Part shown: piece after piece, positions 56,061-64,000 of the stretch
Numbering within the stretch: the stretch's first letter is position 1
Layout: every line of letters begins with the position of its first letter
Assembly: GCF_009914755.1 (NCBI RefSeq)
Contig: NC_060928.1
DNA from: the human T2T-CHM13v2.0 reference genome, Homo sapiens
Strand: one strand, 5' to 3'
Length of the DNA stretch: 64,000 nt
The notes under the pieces: model-generated
Database searches by the model: none
What the model saw: the letters and a program-made list of their open reading frames with translations, nothing else
Told to the model about the DNA's origin: nothing
Translations under genes and position numbers: made by a program

Positions 56061-56992
56061 TTAAAACATTTAAAAAGCAGAAAGATCTCAAGTGAACAAT
56101 CTATCTTTACAACTTCAAGAACTAAAAAAAGAACAAACTAAATACAAAATTACAGAAGGAATGAAGTAATAAAGATTAGAGCATATATAATGAAATAACA
56201 GGAAAAAAAATAGAGAAAATCAATTAAACCAAAACTTAGTTCTTTGGAAAGAAGTATAAAGTTACAAACCTTTAGATAGACTAAGAAACAAAATAAAGAT
56301 TCAAATTACTAAAGTCACAAATGAAAGTGAGGACAATACTTCCAGTATTATGATTACAAGAGGGTACTATAAAAATTATGTGCCAACAAGTTTGTTAACC
56401 TAGATCGACTGGATAAACTCCAAGAAATAGAAAATCTACCAAGATTAAATATTAAAAAAATCAAAACTCTAAATAGACCTATAAATAAAAAATCTCCTGA
56501 AACAGAAAAAAAAACACCATCTGATGATTTCACCAATACATTCTATCAATATCAAACATAAAAAAAAAACCTAACACCAATCATTCTAGAACTTTCTGAA
56601 AAAATTAAAGGAGGGAATATTTTCTAAATTATTCTTTGAGGCCAGCATTGCCCTAATACCAAAGATGGACAAAGACAGTACAAGAAAAGAAAAATCAATA
56701 TCATTTCTCAACATTAATACTAAACTCTTCAAAAAATATTAGTAAACCAAATTTAGCAGCATATTAAAATAATTATACACCACAAAGTGGGATTTATTTC
56801 TGGAATTTAAGAATGGTTTCAGATATAAAAATGGATTAATATAATATATCACATTAATAGAATAAAGGAAAAAATAGAATAATTGCAATTGAGGAAATAC
56901 ATTTGTCAAAATTCAATATCTTTTCATAATAAAAAACACTTAGCAAACTAGGAATAGAAGAAAACTACATCAACATTTAAAAAGTTATATTT

Positions 56993-57248
56993 TGAGGTGG
57001 GTGGATCACCTGAGGTCAGGAGTTGGAGACCAGCCTAACCAACGTGGGTGAAACCTCATCTCTACTAAAAATACAAAAATTAGCTGGGTGTGGTGGCGCA
57101 CGCCTGTTATTCCAGCTACTCAGGAGGCTGAGGCAGGAGAATCGCTTGACTTCGGGAGGCAGAGGTTGTAGTGAGCTGAGACAGCGTCACTGCACTCCAG
57201 CCTGGGTGACAGAGCGAGACTCTGTTTCAAAACAAACAAACAAACAAC
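56993..57248 (+). mobile_element. 5'-truncated AluSx-like
   Basis: GGATCACCTGAGGTCAGGAG; (AAAC)n tail. Confidence 0.93.
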
Positions 57249-60002
57249 CTGCAGTGAACATGATATTCAGTGATGAAAGATAGAAACCTTTTTCTCTAAA
57301 ATCAGGAACAAGGCAAGTGTACCCATTTGGCCACTCCTATTCAACAACATACTGGAAATTCTAGCCAGAATTTAATGAAATAAAATGCATGTAAATGGGG
57401 AAAGAAGTAAAATATCTGTTTGCAGATGACATGTTCTTATATGTAGAAAACCCTAAAGACTCTACAAAACAACCTGTTAGAACTAATAAATGAATTAAAT
57501 AAAGCAGCGGGACACGGGTGAGTATACAAAAATTAGTTGCATTTCTATATAATAAAAATGAACAATCAAAATATGAAATTAAGAAAACAATTCCACTTAT
57601 AATAGCATCAAAAAGAATGAAATAATAAGGAATTAACTTAATCAAGGAAATAAAAGACTTGTACAATTAAAACTATAACACGTTGCTGAAAGAAATTAAA
57701 GATATAAATAAATGGATGGGAAGACATTCCATATTTATGTATTGGAAGGCTTAATATAATATTAAGATGTCAATACTACAAAAACCCATCTATAGATTCA
57801 ATATACCTGCTATCAAAAACTCAGTGACATTTTTGTAGGAATACAAAAACTTTTCCTAAAGTTCATATAAACTCTCAAGGGACCCCAAGTGGCCAAAACA
57901 ATCTTTAAAAGTAAATACAAAGTTGGAGGACTCACACTTCCAGATTTCAAACTTCACCACAAAGCCACAATAATCAAAATAGTGTGGTACCAGCATAATG
58001 ACAGACATATAGATCAATGGAATTGGAGAGATTCCAGAAATAAACTCACATATTTGATGAAATAATGTTGACAAGGATGCCCAAACTATTGAATAAAGAA
58101 AGGACAGTATTTTCAACAAATGGTGCTATGAAACTAGATACACACATGCAAAGGAATTAAGTTGGGTCCGTTCCTAATGCCATGTACAAAATTAACTCAG
58201 AATGGGTCAGAGATGTAAACATAGGTTCTAAACCTCTAAAGCTCTTAGAAGAAAATATAGGGGAAAAGCTTCACAGGCTGGATTTGACAATATCTTGGAC
58301 ATGACACCAAAGGCAAAAGCAACAGAGGGTAAAATAGACAAATTGGGCTTTATGACAATTAAAACTTTTGTGCCTCAATGAACACTAACAACAGAGTAAA
58401 ATCCAACCTACAGAATGGGAAAAAATACTCAAAATCACATATCTGATAAGGTATTAATATCCGAATAGGTAGACAAATCCCAAAACTCAACAACAAAAAG
58501 CAATCTGATTCAAATGAGGGAAAATTACTGGAATAGACAGTTCTCAAAGAAGATATATGAATGGCCAATAAGCACAGGCAAAAAGATACTAAACATTATT
58601 AATCACTAGGGACATGCAAATCAAAACTGCAATGAGATACCACCTCACACCCATTAAAATACTGCTATTTAAACAGCAGGAACGTCTTGGCAAGGATGTG
58701 GAGAAATTAGAACACTTGAGTACTGTTAGTGAGAATTGAAAACTGACCAGCACTGTGGAAAATAGTACGAAGTTTCCTCAAAAACTTAAAAATACAATTA
58801 CAATGTGATCCAGCGATTCTACCTGTGGATATATACCCAAATAATTAAAAATGAAGTCTCAAAGAGATATTTGTATAACTATGTTTGTAGCAGCATTACC
58901 CACAATAGCTAAAATGTGGAGGCCACAGATGAATGAGTAAACAAAATGTGGTATATACAAACAAAAAAAAATTATTCAACCTTAAAAAAGGCAATTTTAC
59001 ATATCCTACAGCATGGATGAACCTTGAGAACATTATAATAAGTGAAGTAAGCCAGTCACAAAAATATACTGTGTAATTGTACTTATATGAGGGATGTACA
59101 GTAGACAAACCATAGAGACATAAGGTAGAATGGTGCTTGCCAGGGACTGGAGAAAGAGAAGAATGGGAAATTATTATTTAATAGATACAGAGTTCCAGTT
59201 ATGCAAAATGAAAAAGCATTCTGCAGTTGGATGGTAGTGATGGCTGCATAACAATACGAATGTATTTAATGTCACTGAACAGTACACTTAAAAAGGTTAA
59301 GATGGTAAATTTTATGTGTATTTTTCCACAATAAAAATAATTTTTAAAATTATATATATAGATTTATATATAAATATAGAAATTTATATATATATCTTCT
59401 GAAAAATTATGGAGATAAGGACTTTGGGGTATATAGTAGTCAATGATGTATCTAACATCACCATTATTAATAGTTATTCTTTAGATTTCTACTTACTGTT
59501 GGAATAGAGAAAACGACTTTAATAAAAGTATAATTCTATTCACTCCATGTCTTAGATTGCCTGAGATATTTGGTTATTTTCTAACCTTAATTTTATAGGC
59601 TATTAGACAAGCTATGAATAATATTCTTTGATAGTGGTAGTCACCATGACTGCCATGACTGAAAGATGGATTCACTTACATATAAATAAAAAGGAATAAA
59701 TGTGTAAAACTGTTACAGACAAACAAAATACTTGATAACTTCTTGCAATGCGCAGTGTTTAAGAGAGAAAAATCACTGTGATGTATGGCTATTATGTATA
59801 AAAATTATAGCAAAGATTATATGTGTGTGTATAGGAGTTATTAGTGTAAGTACCCTAACAATGTGAATTACATTTTCAATTAAACAGAATTAAAGCATTT
59901 GTATATTAGTTTCCTTTTTTGAGGTCTGAACAGATTTTTCTGAAATTGTATTGGCAAAGTTTAAATATACATGGCATAAAAAGTGAGTTATGTTTCTTCA
60001 AT

Positions 60003-60145
60003 CCAGTGTTCTCAAAATATGGTCCCTGGACTGGTAGCATGAGCATCACCAAGAAACATGATTGAGAAACCGGAAAAGAGGGGTCAGCAATGTGCTTTTT
60101 AACCAGGCCTTCTAGGTGATCATGATGCACCTTTGAAAACTATGG
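60003..60145 (+). mobile_element. MER5A-like (hAT-Charlie)
   Basis: CAGTGTTCTCAAA..TGGTCCCTGGAC...TTTTAAC.AG.CC..C.AGGTGAT...TTTGAAAAC. Confidence 0.8.
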
Positions 60146-62059
60146 TCTTATCTTATTCAATGGAGACAAATGAAGAGTTAAAGTTTGAGTTGAAGAGTTA
60201 GATAGAAGGATGTGTTTTGTGGGATCTTTGCAAACCAGAGCAATAACATTTCTCTGGAAAATGACTCTGCTTTTCAACTATATTGAGGAACATTGAGTTT
60301 GGTTCAAGAACCAGAAGAACATAAAGTCTGTAAGTTTTATCTTCCATGGAAACACACTTTGTATTAGTATACATTCCTGCAGAAAGATAGTGTAGACTAA
60401 GTATAAAGGACAATGGCATCACAAGAGTTAATCTTAACTCTGCATAAAATCTCACCATTAGTTGAGCATTCTCACAAGAAATCTGGGGGCAAAGGAAAAG
60501 ACCCCTAACCATTTTCTGTTTTTCAGCCCTTCTTCTGTGCACCCTCTTTCTGCCAATAAATGCTTTATCTGTTTAGCTAAATAAATCTAAGTCTTATAGC
60601 TGTTCATGGCTTCCTCCTCCCACTTCATGACCATCAAGAACACTGCAAAATGTCACTGATGAATTTGGGTAATTTCATAGACCAATGAACAATTTGCGAT
60701 CTTAATGATTTAAACTTTCTATCCTTCAACTTTATCTGAAATTGAGAATAATTCCGTTTTGTTATATGCTATCATCATATTACAGACCCACATCTATTAT
60801 TTCTTATCCTTTTGTAGAATTACAATGTTCTCTTACATGAACATAGAATATATGGTAGTAACATTAAGACTGATGGTTAATTTGGTCTTTTGAGAAAGCA
60901 TTAATTTATACACAATTTTCACATCAAAATAGTAAAAATTCAGTAAAAAATATGATTAAGTTAATGTTTAAAAACACTATTAAAATGAAAACTGATAATA
61001 GTTTTGTACCACTTATGTTTATGTCTAATCTTTTTTGTAATTAATGACAGACTAGAACACATCAAATGTTCTGAGTGAGAAATAACTATGTTGATAAGGC
61101 CAGAAATACATTTCATTCCTTTAATATACTGGAAACTTTAAGTTTCTAAATACAAAAAAAAAAAAAAGAAAAGAAAAACACTAGTTGGAGTGTATTATAG
61201 AATGCGGCCAAAGCAAATAGTCAAGTACTCCCCCAAGTCCAGTTGTTTTATGCCATTGCTGTGAATTGTGACATTCCATTTTACTCTTATCTTGTAGATT
61301 CCCCTGGTATTTAGCAGTGGAGGTAATTTTCCATCTCTGTAGTTAGTTTATAAGCTTCTCTTGCCACTTCCAAAATTGCACTATTTCGTCTGTCACAAAC
61401 AGCTGGGCTGAGTAAGAAAATAATACTGGTCGATTAAAAAAATGCAATCTAGAAATGTGAACTATTTGATTACACTAAAATAGAAAGTTTAAACTAATCA
61501 TTTGCTAATCTTCTCACATCTTCTTTGAAACAGCTTTTGATGAAAAGGTTAGCAGAAACATCAATTTTGCGGGTTCTGAACGGTTGGTTTGCTGGGAAAA
61601 CATACACAGTATTTTCTAAATGTGTTGTTAAGTAAACTACGGTTGATTTCAGTGAAATTATTTTGGTTTACAAGAGGGATTCTACATAAATACTCACAAA
61701 CTGAGCGCCATTCCTTTCAACATCAAACTATATTTGAGTTAGTTTAGTGTTAGTCATATAAAAAATGTAAACAAAACAATTCTAAAATTACTAAATTTGG
61801 ATCTAAAAATGTAAAATGTTCTTGTGTATCTAAATTGCTCATTGCCTTATGTTACTAAGGAAGAACTGTTGAAAAACTCATTTCTTATAATGAGTTTCTT
61901 AGGATCAAGTGTAAATTAAAATGCACAAGAGATATACTGCTTATGCTCTTTTAGTTGTGAAGTTAGCTTCCCCACATACTGTCTGCCAGGCTTTGAAAAG
62001 CAGAGGTTCCTACTTTAAACTTTATGTTAACCACTGCCAAATATAAGAGTGGCATATGT

Positions 62060-62845
<786 letters not shown>

Positions 62846-62864
62846 TAGGATTTGTTGCAAGTTT

Positions 62865-63260
62865 TTTTTTTTCCCCAGTGGGGAGCAGATTCTGAAATAA
62901 TTTAATGTTCAGAATACTTACTGAGGGTCCTCGGAGGGGAGGGAGGAGAGGGAGGATTGAGCAAAAAAGTCAAGTTAGATTCAGGCCTCAAAACTTCAGT
63001 CAACATTACAGGAATTTGTAGAGCTGGAATGGTATCTCAGAGTTGTTGATCTCGAGTTAGATTTTATATCACCACTTGGACCAGTTACTGGATGTGAGCT
63101 ACTACCTAAGATCATGACTGGACAAAGCAGCCATCCACATCTGAGGCAATTCTGAAGGGGCTGTAGCTAAAGCCTTTTTGCCAACAGCACTCCCTGCATC
63201 TGAGGGAACAAGCCATACTGGGTGAAATCAAAGCACGTGTAAAGGACGACTGACACCCAG
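62865..63260 (-). mobile_element. LTR16-like ERVL LTR
   Basis: GCAGATTCTGA, GAGCTGGAATGG..C.CAGAGTTG, CTGAGGCAATTC, GCCAACAGCACTCCC. Confidence 0.6.
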
Positions 63261-64000
63261 ACCATGGTTTATTCAATAAATCATTTTATTTTGCACATAT
63301 TTTATCTGCATAGTTTCATGTTTTCTTCAACTATTTTCTCAGAATTGAATAATGCCAATACCTTCAGTTATATTTATATAGATAAATTAAATTTTCACAC
63401 CGTTGAGAGAATTTTGAACTTTATATTCTCTAGATGTGGAGTGCAAAGGTTCAATACATACTGAAGCAAATTGGTGTCCACTGAATAGTGTATGCCTATA
63501 TAATTCCTTAAATATCCCCAAAGATGTGTATTTTTTAAAATGTTCACTAGATTTATTACTTAGTTAACATTTACTGAAGTATAGAATGCAAAGTAAAAGA
63601 AACAGGGTTAATTTGAATACATCACAATTGAGTAGTGTTTGAATTAAGGAAAAGATATTCTGAAATTTAGTGCCATCTTTTTTTTGCCCAGTCAATACGG
63701 AGGTATATATTTTGGAGAAACAAAATAAATGCAAACACCAAACATCGTTGCTAAATATTTCAAATGAGAAAAGTACTGGAAAGTTTAAGCTTTATAGGTA
63801 ATGCAATGGCTTCTCTAAGTGTTGTTAAATACCTATTATTACAGAAACACAATCCTGGCTTCCCATACCTGCAGATTACAGGACCCCATGCTTCTGGTCA
63901 GCTTCTCCGGCCTACAAGATGAACTGGCAGTGGGGCTGCAGACACCAGTACTCACAAACACACCCCTCACCCTTGGGGATGAGCTCCCTCCTGAGACATG

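Larger units (their letters stand above)
52455..59340 (+). mobile_element. Near full-length L1MB2/3-like LINE (5' end, deleted ORF1, decayed ORF2, 3' UTR) with nested inserts
   Basis: 5' AAAATGGCAGAGTAGGAAG; ORF1-like peptide 53339-53590; colinear ORF2 ~54150-59100; L1MB 3' UTR GGATGGTAGTGATGG...GGTAAATTTTATG. Confidence 0.9.

Noticed and set aside
59345-59395. AT-only palindromes after the L1MB tail
   Set aside because: Low-complexity (TA)n sequence produces palindromes trivially
60198-60542. 114-aa minus-strand ORF in unique DNA
   Set aside because: Non-ATG start, no recognisable domain and no convincing flanking splice sites

Overview
AT-rich primate (human-like) genomic DNA, most likely intronic or intergenic, and dominated by interspersed repeats. 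It contains seven Alus (J, S and Y types), many L1s, LTRs (MLT1, MST, THE1, MLT2A1, MER52, MER77-like, LTR16-like), DNA transposon fossils (MER2, MER58, MER5), MIR/L2/HAL1 fossils and microsatellites. The L1s include a minus-strand L1PB-like element that keeps both ends but has an internal deletion, and a near full-length plus-strand L1MB-like element. No intact protein-coding gene, RNA gene or CRISPR array is supported. Nearly all ORFs in the track are repeat-derived or chance; only 46638-46961 is a recognisable protein (L1 ORF2p C-terminus). I found no convincing new biological system. The best leads are a double-inverted templated insertion scar inside an L1, three phase-compatible minus-strand micro-exon candidates, an AluY with an odd transversion-rich and CpG-intact mutation spectrum, a close inverted Alu pair, and an MLT2A1 LTR with DUX-like motifs. 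Subfamily names come from recalled consensus sequences, boundaries of old elements are approximate, and all should be confirmed with RepeatMasker/Dfam.
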